From positions 18,754 through 82,753 of the forward strand of contig CAKQLR010000003.1 of the NCBI GenBank assembly GCA_934254725.1: a stretch of 64,000 nucleotides of DNA. The letters run 5' to 3'. The position numbers and the translations under genes were made by a program. The notes below the pieces were generated by a model. It ran no database searches and was not told the DNA's origin. It worked only from the letters and a program-made list of their open reading frames with translations. The DNA comes from an uncultured Clostridia bacterium (GTDB taxonomy: Bacteria; Bacillota; Clostridia; Christensenellales; Borkfalkiaceae). The stretch's first letter is position 1, and the number at the start of each line of letters is the position of its first letter. This document shows, piece after piece, positions 30,680 to 41,157 of the stretch.

Positions 30680-32965
30680 TTATTTGAATTTTCTTGACTT
30701 TTTAAAACCGTAAACGGCAAAGCCCAGGAATACCAGACATACAAAAGACTGAGCGATTGCAATACTGCCCGAACAACCCGAAGAAGATTCCGAAGGTTTA
30801 TCACCAGTGCTGTTTCCGCCGCCCACGATATTCATTTCGACACTGCAATCGAAACCGCCGTATTCGAACTTAACCGTGCACGTACCCGAAGCAGTATTAT
30901 CGAACCCGCTGAAATACACGTCGTTATGAGCCAACGAAATTTCGCCTATTCTGCCGCTCTGGAAAGTCAGTTTTAAAGAACCGTCTCTCAAGTCGATAAT
31001 TTCGCCCACGTTGTATTCTGTTTTAGGGCTGTCTTTAATTTCGATGGCAAGCAGAACGTCCTGCAATACGTTGATCGTAAAATCGCATTCGCAACCTTCG
31101 TATTTTATCTTCAGGGTTTGTTCTCCTGCGTCGGTACTGTAATAGCCCTCGTAACTTACGGACTCGTCTCCCAAATCCACTATAACGAAATCTACGCTGT
31201 TACCTTTTGCCGTGCCCGCCTCAAACCAGGCTTTAAGCTTGCTACCGCTTAAATCCAGGCTTTCATAGCCCGTGTAATACTTTTTATCGGCAGTTTCGAT
31301 TACCTCGATCGCTCTTATATAATCGGAACACTCCAAATCCACATCACACGTGTATGTGTTGCCGTTCGCCCCAAAGGATAACTCAACCGTATTCTTACCT
31401 ATTTGCGAAAGCTTTTCGAGCGAAGTAACGCAATCGCTCATCGAAACGTACGTCAGAGAGTTGTCGGCAAATTCAACTTTTAATCTTCCGCCGCTGAGAT
31501 CCAATTTTTTATTATACAAAAACTTTTCCGCAGCGGGCATATCGGAAACGGAAACCTTGCTCACCTGAGCGGCTTCGCGTACGGTGATAGCGACGGGGAC
31601 GTCTTTTTTATTAAGATTACCGTCCGTGGCTGTTACCGTAACATTATAAGTACCAGTGCTGTCGGGGGTAAAAGAAATACCCGATTCGTTAAGCGATACG
31701 TCCGAACCGTCTTGTTTTTTAACGGTATACGATAAATCCGCGCCGTATCCGACCGCTCCCGATTTAGCCGTTACTACGGATAAATCCACAGGGAATCCCA
31801 CTACGCCGCTATTCAGCGTGTCGGGTACCGTAACCACGGGTTCGCCTTGATATTTATAGACGGAAGAAACTTTAAGCCCGGAAAGGTACGCGCCGCCGTC
31901 CGCCTTATCGTTGTCGCTGGCATCGGTAATACGAACATATATCACTTTTGAAGAGTCCAAAAACTTTGTAACATCTAAAGTATATATTTGTTTATCCGCA
32001 GACCTCGAACCGCAAAGTATATCCGTCCACAACGCCAAAGAAGTGTACGCGGCAGGTTCTTCGCTTGTAATCTTGTTGCCGGTAGAAACGGACAATCTGA
32101 AAGTTCCCCAGACGTCTGCTTTCAACAACAAATTAGAAAAAACGTAGTTATCGGTATCTTCTTCGGGGACGCTGAATTTGTATACTCCGTAGGGTGCATC
32201 TATCAAAGCGTAAGAGCAGTGCGACAAATTGTTGCCCACTTCGCCGTTGCTTATGTAGGTGTTATACATAACGCCCTTATAAGTGTCGGTAGTTTTTTCG
32301 CCGTAAATACGGTAAGCGTCGTCTTTTAAATCTTTGACGGTTGCGGCAAAACCCGTTTCTTTTTCAGTATAAACTTCAGGGAAAAATTCGCTTTCCGCTA
32401 CAGAACCGTCGTGGAAGAACCTAAGACGGTCTACAACCTGCAACGAACCGCCTATCTTCGGGTTGCTTCTCATTCTGAAAAACAGCCTGTCCGTTTCGGG
32501 TTTCCCGTTCAGATACTCCTCGGCAAAGACGTCGATGGTCGTATAAATGTGTTTAACGCCCGCCATCGGATCGAAAACTTTATAATTCTCAAAATCGTCG
32601 GTCGTGGAAATTAACATTACGCCGTCGCCGCTGAAAACGCCGTCTATATAAAAATGTTTTGTGTCTTTCGGGATATCCACGGCGTAGTCTATATAATTTT
32701 CTACGTTCCCGGTCTGTCCGCCTACCAAACGAATTTTAAACGTGGGGTTCGACATAATGGAAGAACCGAGTTCGTCATAGAAGTCCGCCCCTTCATAAAT
32801 CTGACAGTCGTAAAAACTTTTAACGGTCATATCTATAACGGTGCCCGTTTTAATTTCAGCCGCCGCGATTGTATTTCCGAAAAGAGAAAAAGCAGTTCCC
32901 GTTACCGCGGCGAACAACACCGCGGTAAGTAAACTTAAAATTATTTTTTTTAATGACTTAATCAT
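30680..32965 (-). CDS. Cell-surface protein: signal peptide, two N-terminal beta-sandwich modules, Ig-like repeats, and a Gly-Cys C-terminal anchor signal
   Basis: 761 aa. It has three ~85-aa repeats resembling bacterial Ig-like group 3 domains (Y..G..LDLSG..L...), each ending in C-D/S-V/F. The tail is SGCSGSIAIAQSFVCLVFLGFAVYGFKKSRKFK. Confidence 0.85.
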   Translation of the reverse strand: MIKSLKKIILSLLTAVLFAAVTGTAFSLFGNTIAAAEIKTGTVIDMTVKSFYDCQIYEGADFYDELGSSIMSNPTFKIRLVGGQTGNVENYIDYAVDIPKDTKHFYIDGVFSGDGVMLISTTDDFENYKVFDPMAGVKHIYTTIDVFAEEYLNGKPETDRLFFRMRSNPKIGGSLQVVDRLRFFHDGSVAESEFFPEVYTEKETGFAATVKDLKDDAYRIYGEKTTDTYKGVMYNTYISNGEVGNNLSHCSYALIDAPYGVYKFSVPEEDTDNYVFSNLLLKADVWGTFRLSVSTGNKITSEEPAAYTSLALWTDILCGSRSADKQIYTLDVTKFLDSSKVIYVRITDASDNDKADGGAYLSGLKVSSVYKYQGEPVVTVPDTLNSGVVGFPVDLSVVTAKSGAVGYGADLSYTVKKQDGSDVSLNESGISFTPDSTGTYNVTVTATDGNLNKKDVPVAITVREAAQVSKVSVSDMPAAEKFLYNKKLDLSGGRLKVEFADNSLTYVSMSDCVTSLEKLSQIGKNTVELSFGANGNTYTCDVDLECSDYIRAIEVIETADKKYYTGYESLDLSGSKLKAWFEAGTAKGNSVDFVIVDLGDESVSYEGYYSTDAGEQTLKIKYEGCECDFTINVLQDVLLAIEIKDSPKTEYNVGEIIDLRDGSLKLTFQSGRIGEISLAHNDVYFSGFDNTASGTCTVKFEYGGFDCSVEMNIVGGGNSTGDKPSESSSGCSGSIAIAQSFVCLVFLGFAVYGFKKSRKFK

Positions 32966-33007
32966 TAAAACAGCTCCTTAAAACTAATGATATTTGCCCT
33001 CGTAAAC

Positions 33008-34504
33008 TTAACGAGATTTTTTACGGAGCAACGTAGCCGAAAAACCTAAAACCATCAAAGCAGCCATAATGTTTACGGACATGATACTGCTTCCGCAACC
33101 GCCGTCTTCTTCATTGCCGGAGGGTTCAGTGCCGCTGCCAGTATCGCCGGTATTATCTCCGCTGTTACCGGAACTGCTGTCGTCGGGACCGGGAGCAGGT
33201 GTCTCTTCTTCTACGGTAATAGTGAGTTCTTCACTTGCAACGCCGTCGATTACAACTTTAATTTTGTAAGTTCCGGCTGCGGTATCGGTGCCTAAAGTAT
33301 ACGTTAATGCCGTATAATCTTCCACTACGGTATCGTTTACGTACCATACAACGGTAGCGGGAGTTGTGGTTGCGGGGGTGTGAGCCGCTGTAACGGTAAC
33401 AGCCGTACCTACGGTAACGGTAGTATTATCCGCGCTTAAAGATACAGCGGTGATTGTGGGATCTTCTTCTTCGTAATATCCCGTCAAAGACATGCCTATT
33501 ACCTGAGCACCGCCGCCGGAAACGCCCGTTGCGTCGGAAAATCTTACATATAAACCGCCGTTTTCGTTCAGATAGTCGGTTACGTCAATCGTGTATTCGG
33601 TTACTGCCGCGGTAAACGGGCACAAAACGAACTGCCAGTTTTCAACTCCGAAAGGATCCGGGGTGCCTTCACCGGTATAAATAGCAACGGCTGCGTCGCA
33701 CGCGAAAACAAGCTTTAATTTAGCGCCTGCGAAACCATTTTCCATATCCAACGTATTAACGCCGTCGAATTTATAGGTCAGAACGCCGCCGTGTACCTTA
33801 CCGCTGCGCGAAGCGTCGATGGGGAAGCCGCCGTCCGCATAACGAACGCCGCTCTCGAGCTGTCCGCCGACGGACATATTGCTTACAAAAAATTCTGAAT
33901 CGAAATTGCTGTTTTCGCTATCCACGCTGAATCCGACGGTATCCGTCGTATAGTAACTCGGGAAGGTTTCCCCTGCAGTAAGAATAGTTCCGTTGTGTGC
34001 AAAGTTAACGTAATCGCGCAGTTTGAAAGATTTATTGTCCGCCGAACCGGTAACTTTAATATACACGGTACCCGTGTGCTGAACGCCTTCGAGCAAGTTC
34101 GAAGTATCCGCTATCTGTAAATCCTGATCTACGCTCCATTTTTTAGAATAGCTTTCGCCGTCGGTAGAAACGGATAAAGCAACGGTATTAAAACAGCTTG
34201 ATATTTTCAATATCGTAGTATCTTCGGGAAGAAGAATTTTCCAGACTATGTAACTGTCCTCACCATTTTTTCGACCGAATCTCGTTTCGCTGTTTCCTCC
34301 GCCGTAATCGGTCAAACCGGTTTCTACATTCTCGTAAGCGTCGGTCATATTTACCTGGTCTACAACGTAAAACGCGTTTTCTCTCATATCGATTTCGGGT
34401 TTGGAGGGTGTTGCCGCCTCATCTGCAGAAACCGAAGTAACGCCGCAGAGAGCAGTTACTGCCATCGCAAAAGCGATCAATAAAGTAAGTAATTTTTTCT
34501 TCAT
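33008..34504 (-). CDS. Cell-surface protein, paralogous N-terminal modules, Ig-like domain, and a Gly-Cys C-terminal anchor signal
   Basis: 498 aa with a signal peptide (AMAVTALCGVTSVSA). YVRFSDATGVSGGGAQVIGMSL matches YVRITDASDNDKADGGAYLSGLKV in the 761-aa protein. The tail is GGCGSSIMSVNIMAALMVLGFSATLLRKKSR. Confidence 0.85.
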   Translation of the reverse strand: MKKKLLTLLIAFAMAVTALCGVTSVSADEAATPSKPEIDMRENAFYVVDQVNMTDAYENVETGLTDYGGGNSETRFGRKNGEDSYIVWKILLPEDTTILKISSCFNTVALSVSTDGESYSKKWSVDQDLQIADTSNLLEGVQHTGTVYIKVTGSADNKSFKLRDYVNFAHNGTILTAGETFPSYYTTDTVGFSVDSENSNFDSEFFVSNMSVGGQLESGVRYADGGFPIDASRSGKVHGGVLTYKFDGVNTLDMENGFAGAKLKLVFACDAAVAIYTGEGTPDPFGVENWQFVLCPFTAAVTEYTIDVTDYLNENGGLYVRFSDATGVSGGGAQVIGMSLTGYYEEEDPTITAVSLSADNTTVTVGTAVTVTAAHTPATTTPATVVWYVNDTVVEDYTALTYTLGTDTAAGTYKIKVVIDGVASEELTITVEEETPAPGPDDSSSGNSGDNTGDTGSGTEPSGNEEDGGCGSSIMSVNIMAALMVLGFSATLLRKKSR

Positions 34505-34586
34505 TTTTTCTTCTCCTTATGAAAAAATATATTTTCTTTTCCCTTTCGAGGAAAATTAACTTGATTAGCCGACGTTTTCAGACGTA

Positions 34587-36257
34587 TCAGCCTTTTAAAG
34601 AAACGTTTACGTGCGGAACGTTTTCGCGTATCAGTTGGAAAAACTGTTCTGCCGTTACGATCTCTACGTCGTCGTCCAGATTTTGATACATTTCCACGGC
34701 GTCGCTGTAATCTCTGCTCCACGGATGAAGATTTACGAGAGTGTAACCTTCTATTGAACGGGGATTAACGGGGAAATTGTTGATTTTTTCCGCAATGGAA
34801 GCGCCCGTTTCGGGCTCCCACAAAGAAAGCCTGCAGGTTACGAACGGCATACCGTTCTCCGACCAATAGACGGAACCTTTTTCCGCTGCATAATAATCGC
34901 CTATCATACACTGAACGCCAAGCAATCCGGGAACACGCGAATAGTATTCGACAACGTCCTCCGTTACGCACGTATCGAGGATTTGCAGCGTCGTTAAGTC
35001 TCCGCGTTTCAAATAAGTTGCAAGTCTGCCGCAAAAATCGGACAGGTCGGGATACACCGAAGGATTTATATAACCTTGACCGGAAACGGCAGCCACGAGG
35101 TAATCGCCCGCGGAACCTATCTGGTTGTAAATATATCTTTGTAAAGCGGGCTGTATATCTATCGCCGAGGGCGAAATATTCCATCCCATCGGGAAATCCG
35201 CGCGTTCGGCGGCAAAATATTTTTTACTTGCATCGGGAGACAACGTATTGGAAAGCGCCTGTATATTATCCCCGTCGGAACATACGATGCACACGTAATG
35301 CTTGTTTTCTACTTCTTTGCGCTCGTATTGAACCATTTGTTTTAACTGTTTTACGCCGAAAAACTCGGTACAGCTAAAAACGGAAAGGTTTGCGCTCCAG
35401 TCGGAGGCGATAGTAAAATTGCCGTTCATAGAACTCACGTTTACGTGCGAAGTTTCGTCTATCGGGCCCCAACCGAAAACAGGGCTGTCGGTCTTCGTCC
35501 ATTCGTGCACTTCGCCGCGGAGTTGCAACGCTTCCAAAGTTTCTTTGCTTTGATAAAAACTGTAGTATTTGCAGGCGATCGCGTAATCGCACATCATCTC
35601 CACGCCTCCGGCAAGCTGACACAGACCGGAATTGTTTAATTTGTCCTTATAATTTTCGAAACACCATCTGTCGTTTTTATCGGTAACGTCAAGTTTTTTC
35701 GTCAATCCCAAATCTATATACTTTTGCTCTACGGACGCGTCTACAGGGATCCACCCCTCTACTCCGCATATTGTTACGGCCACGTTTTTGGACTCGCCGT
35801 TTTGCGAACGGTTATATAGAATATAGCCTGCGTTTTCGCCGAAACGCGTTTTGTAGTCCTCTACCATCTGCGCTATCGTTACGTTCTCGGTCGTTAAGCC
35901 GTATTCTTTGCAAATTTCGTTAAGCCACATCGAATGATGATAGCTTCCCGAGCAATAATATTCTGCCGCGGTCTGAGCAAAAAGCCCCTGAATCGCAGCT
36001 CCCGCAAGGATATCGCTGCCGCTCAAACCTCTTTCCACGTTGTAACCGAAAACTTTTAAATGACGGTTTTCGTTCATTTTAAAACTTTCGAAATACGTAA
36101 AATCGTCATCTGCGAGGTTAAGTTCATAAGGATCCTGCTCGGCAGGTTCGGTTGAGTCGGATGGTCCCGAAGAGTCGTTTTCTTTGCACGCGACCATTCC
36201 GAAAAGCAAGCAAAGGATCAGCAAAAAGGGAAATATTTTTATAAGCTTTTCTTTCAT
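34587..36257 (-). CDS. GxGYxYP family lipoprotein (putative glycoside hydrolase of an uncharacterised family)
   Basis: It contains the family-naming motif SGQGYINPSVYP and the lipobox LLFGMVAC. I trimmed the ORF (..36281) to MKEKLIK at 36257 to avoid overlap with the upstream gene. Confidence 0.75.
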   Translation of the reverse strand: MKEKLIKIFPFLLILCLLFGMVACKENDSSGPSDSTEPAEQDPYELNLADDDFTYFESFKMNENRHLKVFGYNVERGLSGSDILAGAAIQGLFAQTAAEYYCSGSYHHSMWLNEICKEYGLTTENVTIAQMVEDYKTRFGENAGYILYNRSQNGESKNVAVTICGVEGWIPVDASVEQKYIDLGLTKKLDVTDKNDRWCFENYKDKLNNSGLCQLAGGVEMMCDYAIACKYYSFYQSKETLEALQLRGEVHEWTKTDSPVFGWGPIDETSHVNVSSMNGNFTIASDWSANLSVFSCTEFFGVKQLKQMVQYERKEVENKHYVCIVCSDGDNIQALSNTLSPDASKKYFAAERADFPMGWNISPSAIDIQPALQRYIYNQIGSAGDYLVAAVSGQGYINPSVYPDLSDFCGRLATYLKRGDLTTLQILDTCVTEDVVEYYSRVPGLLGVQCMIGDYYAAEKGSVYWSENGMPFVTCRLSLWEPETGASIAEKINNFPVNPRSIEGYTLVNLHPWSRDYSDAVEMYQNLDDDVEIVTAEQFFQLIRENVPHVNVSLKG

Positions 36258-36261
36258 ATAA

Positions 36262-37914
36262 TCAGTTCTCCGTACAATCAACGTCTACCTGAGGTACGTT
36301 TGCGCGAATCATTTTAAAGAAATTATCCGCAGTTACGACGATTGTATTTTCATCGAGATTTTTAACGAGTTCCACAACGTCTGTGTACGACGTAGACCAG
36401 GGATGCACGTTGATTACGCTGTATCCGTTAATGGAAGTCGGATCCTTTTCGCACACATTTACCTGCGCGGCGATATTAGCGCCCGTCGTTTCCCAAAGAG
36501 AGAAGCGGCACGTAACGAACGGCATTCCGTTTTTCCAATAAACCGAACCGTGTTTAGCGGCATATTTCCAACCGGACATAACCGCGCAACCGTACAGACC
36601 TTCGATTTTTGAATAATATTCGAAAGCGTCGACGTCGATGGCTTCTTCCAAAATCTGCAAACTGTGGCAATCCGCCCTCTTAAGATAGTTACCGAGACGC
36701 TCCGTGAACAGCTTGAGCGCTTCCTGCGGGTAAGACGACGGATACATATAACCCGCACCCGAAACCGAAGCTACGAAATAATCATTCTCATCCATATTGC
36801 GATAGAGATAATTCATAATGCTCGGCTGCAAATCGACACAACTTACGTTAAGCGTCCAACCCATTTTGAAATTTTCTCTGTCTGCAAGATAATAAGCCGC
36901 GCTGAACGGGAAAGTATTGGAAACCGCCTGTATGTTATCTCCGTCGCTCATCATAATGCAAACGTAATGTTTGCCTTTTTGCGCAGTTACTTCTTTATGT
37001 AGGCTTTTCTGCGTGAAGGAAGTCCCCCACGCATCCGAACATAAAACGGTCATGTTGGCGCTCGTGTCCGAAGCGACGGTAAACTCTGCGTTATTCGACG
37101 CGATGGTTACGTCCTGACCTTCGGTGGTGGGTCCCCAACCGAATATAGGCGAATCGTCATCCGTCCAGCTCTGCACTCTGTTTCTGAAAGCAAGCGTCGA
37201 AATATCCGTATCTACCTGATAAAATCCGTAATATTTCCCGGCTATCCAATAATCGCGCGGGTACCATAAATCGGGCGAAAGCTGAAAGAGCGCGTCCGTA
37301 GCGAACTTATCTTTATAATCGTAATAACAGTCGGATTCCGTCATTTCGGTTACGTCCATAAGTTTTTCCATGTTGTAACCTTTTTTGCTGGAAAACTGCC
37401 TTTCCTGAGTAGTGTCCACGGGGATTGCGTTAAAAATACCCGCAAGGCTTGTCGCCACGTTTACGGATTCGGGGTTCTTAGCTTTATCGTACAAAATGTA
37501 TTTGGCGTCCGCGCCGAATTTTTCTTTATACGCGTTAACCATCGAATCGAACGTAACGGTTTCGGTGGTAACCCCGTACGTATCTTTCAGATCCTGCAAC
37601 CAAAGTTCGTTTGCGGAAAAAGTTAAATTATAATAAGTGATCTCGTCCCTGTTGAACAATCCCTGTATGGCGATAGCGGTAAACGCCTGAGCAAAATTGT
37701 CGTCCTCCCCCTTCCACACGAGCAATTTATTATCGCCGTTCATTTTAAAATTTTTGTAATAATCGTACTCTACGGTTGTCGGAGTTTCACCCGAAGATGA
37801 GTCGTCGGACGGTTTGTCCGATTGATCTCCGTTATTTTGTCCGCAACCTGCAAAACACGCAAAAACAAGCATTATCGCAAGAAAAAATGTAAAAAACTTC
37901 TTCATCTTTTTCAT
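36262..37914 (-). CDS. GxGYxYP family lipoprotein (paralog)
   Basis: SGAGYMYPSSYP motif and lipobox FACFAGC. Long shared blocks with the downstream paralog include HYVCIMMSDGDNIQAVSNT and GMPFVTCRFSLWE. Confidence 0.75.
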   Translation of the reverse strand: MKKMKKFFTFFLAIMLVFACFAGCGQNNGDQSDKPSDDSSSGETPTTVEYDYYKNFKMNGDNKLLVWKGEDDNFAQAFTAIAIQGLFNRDEITYYNLTFSANELWLQDLKDTYGVTTETVTFDSMVNAYKEKFGADAKYILYDKAKNPESVNVATSLAGIFNAIPVDTTQERQFSSKKGYNMEKLMDVTEMTESDCYYDYKDKFATDALFQLSPDLWYPRDYWIAGKYYGFYQVDTDISTLAFRNRVQSWTDDDSPIFGWGPTTEGQDVTIASNNAEFTVASDTSANMTVLCSDAWGTSFTQKSLHKEVTAQKGKHYVCIMMSDGDNIQAVSNTFPFSAAYYLADRENFKMGWTLNVSCVDLQPSIMNYLYRNMDENDYFVASVSGAGYMYPSSYPQEALKLFTERLGNYLKRADCHSLQILEEAIDVDAFEYYSKIEGLYGCAVMSGWKYAAKHGSVYWKNGMPFVTCRFSLWETTGANIAAQVNVCEKDPTSINGYSVINVHPWSTSYTDVVELVKNLDENTIVVTADNFFKMIRANVPQVDVDCTEN

Positions 37915-37936
37915 ATAAATCTACACCTTATCTTTT

Positions 37937-38812
37937 TTATTTAATTCCGGAAATACTCATGGACGCCAGGAAATATTTCTGGCATACAAAATACGTAGCG
38001 ACCACGGGAACCGTAATGGATATAAGAGCCGCCGCGCGAAGATAAGAGTCTCCGCTGCCCTCGAACTGAGGATAAAAGCTCATAAGTTTCAACTGAATTA
38101 CAAATTTGGACGGGTCGTGCGTAACAATCAACGGCCAAAGATACTCGTTCCATTTAGCGGTAAAGGTCATAATGCAAAACGTAAGTATGACCGAACGGCA
38201 CATGGGAAAAGCAATCTGGAAAATTTTTCTCAACTCGCCCGCGCCGTCTATATCTGCGGCTTCGAGGCACGCGTCCGGTATCTGATGCATAAACTGACGG
38301 AACATAAACACGCCGAATACGTTGATAAATCCGGGAAGAAATACGCCCGTCAATGTCTCGGTAACGCCCAAGCCGTCAACGATGATATAAATCGGAATGA
38401 GCAATACTTCGCCCGGGACCATCATCGAAGCCAATATAAGCCAGAACCAGACGTCCCTTCCTTTAAATCTCAGTTTGCCGAAGCAATAGCCGAGAACAAA
38501 CGCAAACACCAGACTTACGACGAGACTTACGACAACTACAACTATACTGTTGAAAAAGCCTTGCCATAAATCGCCTACTCTGAAAGCTTCCGCGTAGTTG
38601 GAAAAATGAATGCCGCCTTGCGGCCACCAATAAATCTTTCCGGGTTTTCCTATAAAATCGAGCGAAGTCAGCGACGACGCCAACTGCAACCAATACGGAA
38701 AAACCAGCAAAAAGCCCATAAACGCCATAAATAAGACGCAAAAAGTAACGACAAGCGCGTTAACGACCTTTTTTCTCTTACTTACAAGAGGTTTCAATTC
38801 GGTATTATTCAT
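37937..38812 (-). CDS. Carbohydrate ABC transporter permease (CUT1 family, MalG-like)
   Basis: 6-TM protein with the EAA loop EAADIDGAGELRKIFQIAFP. Confidence 0.9.
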   Translation of the reverse strand: MNNTELKPLVSKRKKVVNALVVTFCVLFMAFMGFLLVFPYWLQLASSLTSLDFIGKPGKIYWWPQGGIHFSNYAEAFRVGDLWQGFFNSIVVVVVSLVVSLVFAFVLGYCFGKLRFKGRDVWFWLILASMMVPGEVLLIPIYIIVDGLGVTETLTGVFLPGFINVFGVFMFRQFMHQIPDACLEAADIDGAGELRKIFQIAFPMCRSVILTFCIMTFTAKWNEYLWPLIVTHDPSKFVIQLKLMSFYPQFEGSGDSYLRAAALISITVPVVATYFVCQKYFLASMSISGIK

Positions 38813-39728
38813 ACGAAACCTCCTTATTGTTGAGCTTCATCTGTATGACAGAAAATATCATGACTACTAAAAACAATACCATGGCATAAGCGCTCGCCAC
38901 GCCCATTTTGGAGCGCTCGAAGGCAAGATAGTAAACGTACAGCACCGAAGACTGCGTTTTGCTTCCGCCGCTGGTAATAAGTTGCATGGGACCTATTACC
39001 TTAAAGCCGTTGATTATAGAATTGACAAGATTTAACGTAATGGTATTTGAAATCAAAGGGAGCGTAATGTAAATATACGCCTTTAATTTGCTGTCCGTTT
39101 CGAGGCTTGCGGCTTCAAGGTAAGTATCGGGTACGCCGATAATAGCCGCATAATAAATAAGCAACCCGCCGCTGAACCCTAAAAATACGGACGTAAACAT
39201 TAAAGCAAAAAGCGCATATTTTTCTTCGTTAAAATAGTTTATCGGGTTATCCAACGCGCCTATCGACATAAGCAGCGAATTAACTATGCCCGATTCGCTG
39301 CCGTCGAAAAGCAACTGAATAATGTTGCTCCCGACAACTGCTGAAACAAGTGCCGGCCAATACAGCACGGCAAGAAAAATCTTTTTACCGCGGGGTATTC
39401 TGGTAAGCATAAAGCCGAGTAACAACCCGAAAAAATTGCTCCCTATAGTGGTAAAAAACGCCCACTTGACGGATACCCAGAGCGACGACCAGAATTCGGC
39501 GTCGTACAGTTCGTGGTTTTTATCGAAAATTCTTATGTAATTATCAAAAGTAAAGCGAGTAATGTTGGCAACGCTCGTCTTCATATTCGTAAAGCTTATA
39601 ACTATAGCGAATATGAAGGCGGCGGCAAAAAACACAAGCCAGAAAATCAAGGGTATCGCCATCAGGGAATACGCCTTTATTTCATTGCGATATTTAAATT
39701 TGACAGAATTATTTTTTTTATTAGTCAC
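38805..39728 (-). CDS. Carbohydrate ABC transporter permease (CUT1 family, MalF-like)
   Basis: EAA loop EAASLETDSKLKAYIYITLP. The ORF track starts at a TTG at 39761, inside the SBP gene. I prefer the GTG at 39728, immediately after the SBP stop. The start is uncertain. Confidence 0.85.
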   Translation of the reverse strand: MTNKKNNSVKFKYRNEIKAYSLMAIPLIFWLVFFAAAFIFAIVISFTNMKTSVANITRFTFDNYIRIFDKNHELYDAEFWSSLWVSVKWAFFTTIGSNFFGLLLGFMLTRIPRGKKIFLAVLYWPALVSAVVGSNIIQLLFDGSESGIVNSLLMSIGALDNPINYFNEEKYALFALMFTSVFLGFSGGLLIYYAAIIGVPDTYLEAASLETDSKLKAYIYITLPLISNTITLNLVNSIINGFKVIGPMQLITSGGSKTQSSVLYVYYLAFERSKMGVASAYAMVLFLVVMIFSVIQMKLNNKEVSYE

Positions 39729-39729
39729 T

Positions 39730-41127
39730 TTAAGAATACAACTCCTTGAGATCTTTGGCAAGAGTCGTCTGAATTTTATCCAAGGTCTTAGCTTCCCCGT
39801 TCTTGAGCCATGCGGTCATAAGTCCGCTAAGCTCTTTCTGCGTCTGGCTCCATATGCCCGTTCCGGGACGAACCACCGCTTTTTCCAACGACGCGCCGAA
39901 CATCTGCCAGCTTTCGCTGTTATAATAATCGCTTTCCGCAAACGCCGCTTTTAAAGCGGGCATCTGATAAGAACCCTCTGCATACGCAAGCATGGAAGTC
40001 TGATCTTTTATCAAATATTTCATAAAGTCCAAAGCCAAAGCCTTGTTTTTGCTGCGACGGCTCATAGCCAAAGAATAAAGCCCCGCGCAGGATTTCGCTT
40101 CGTAACCGTCTTTAAGCGTTATAAGGTCCGCCCACCCCGCATTAAATATGCTTTCTACGGTAGGATCTTTACCGAGCTGATCATACTTTGCAATTTTCCA
40201 GCAACCTTCTTCGATAAATAAAACTTTACCTTCTTCGAACTTTGCTTCTTCAAACGTAGAAGATACAACACCGGTAGCGCCGAGTTGTTTTACTATCGTC
40301 TCAAGCTCTGCATTTGCAGCCTTGTCTGCAGGATATTCGTCGTTGCAAATAGTAACTTTGGAGAAATCGTCGTTCATAACAGAACCGCCGAGTCTTGCAA
40401 GCATGGAAACGTACTGCATAGAAGCAACGGACGCGTATTCGTTACCGGAAGGAATTGTCCACGCGCCTATCTGCTTTCCTGTCGTTCTGTTGTAATCGTT
40501 AACCTGTTTGCACCACCACAACATGGAATATTCTTCCTGCTCGCTGCCTAATTTTGTGGGAACACAGGCGTCGATATCGGTATATTGAATTCCGTTAGTG
40601 TCCAGAACGTTTTTCATCAGAACACGGTTATAAGCCAAACCGAACGTATTTGCCGCATAAGGAAGCGCATAAACGTCGCCGCCGTAATATCCCGTGTTAT
40701 ATAAAGAGGAATACAACGTATCTTTTACTTCGCTTAACAATTCGGGAGCAATACTGCTGAGGTCTGCAAGTGCCGGATCTCCGAAATAATAAGCAAGTAC
40801 CTGAATGTACACGCTATCCAACAATAATAAGTCGGGTTCGTTCTTTTTGCCGACCACCATAGCGTAGCTGGTGTAAAAATTATCGGCAGGCTGCGGCGTT
40901 AAGTTGATGGTAACGCCTTCGTGCTCTTGTTCGTAAGCTTTCTTGGCTTGCTTAGCGGCTTCGAACTGTGCGTCCGCGCCCGGCCACCATACGGTAATAG
41001 ACCCGCTTAACGGAGCGTCGGGGTTAACACTGTCGCCGCTGTTGTCCGATCCGCCGCATGCGCAGAAGGCGCATGCGAGCACTGCTATGAGTACACCTGT
41101 CACAAATTTTTTCAAAAATCCAGACAT
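39730..41127 (-). CDS. ABC transporter extracellular solute-binding lipoprotein (family 1)
   Basis: 465 aa with a lipobox (LACAFCACG). It is the first gene of the operon, with GGAG 9 nt upstream of the ATG. Confidence 0.85.
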   Translation of the reverse strand: MSGFLKKFVTGVLIAVLACAFCACGGSDNSGDSVNPDAPLSGSITVWWPGADAQFEAAKQAKKAYEQEHEGVTINLTPQPADNFYTSYAMVVGKKNEPDLLLLDSVYIQVLAYYFGDPALADLSSIAPELLSEVKDTLYSSLYNTGYYGGDVYALPYAANTFGLAYNRVLMKNVLDTNGIQYTDIDACVPTKLGSEQEEYSMLWWCKQVNDYNRTTGKQIGAWTIPSGNEYASVASMQYVSMLARLGGSVMNDDFSKVTICNDEYPADKAANAELETIVKQLGATGVVSSTFEEAKFEEGKVLFIEEGCWKIAKYDQLGKDPTVESIFNAGWADLITLKDGYEAKSCAGLYSLAMSRRSKNKALALDFMKYLIKDQTSMLAYAEGSYQMPALKAAFAESDYYNSESWQMFGASLEKAVVRPGTGIWSQTQKELSGLMTAWLKNGEAKTLDKIQTTLAKDLKELYS

Positions 41128-41157
41128 AAAAATTCACTCCTAAATTTTTTTTCTTCT

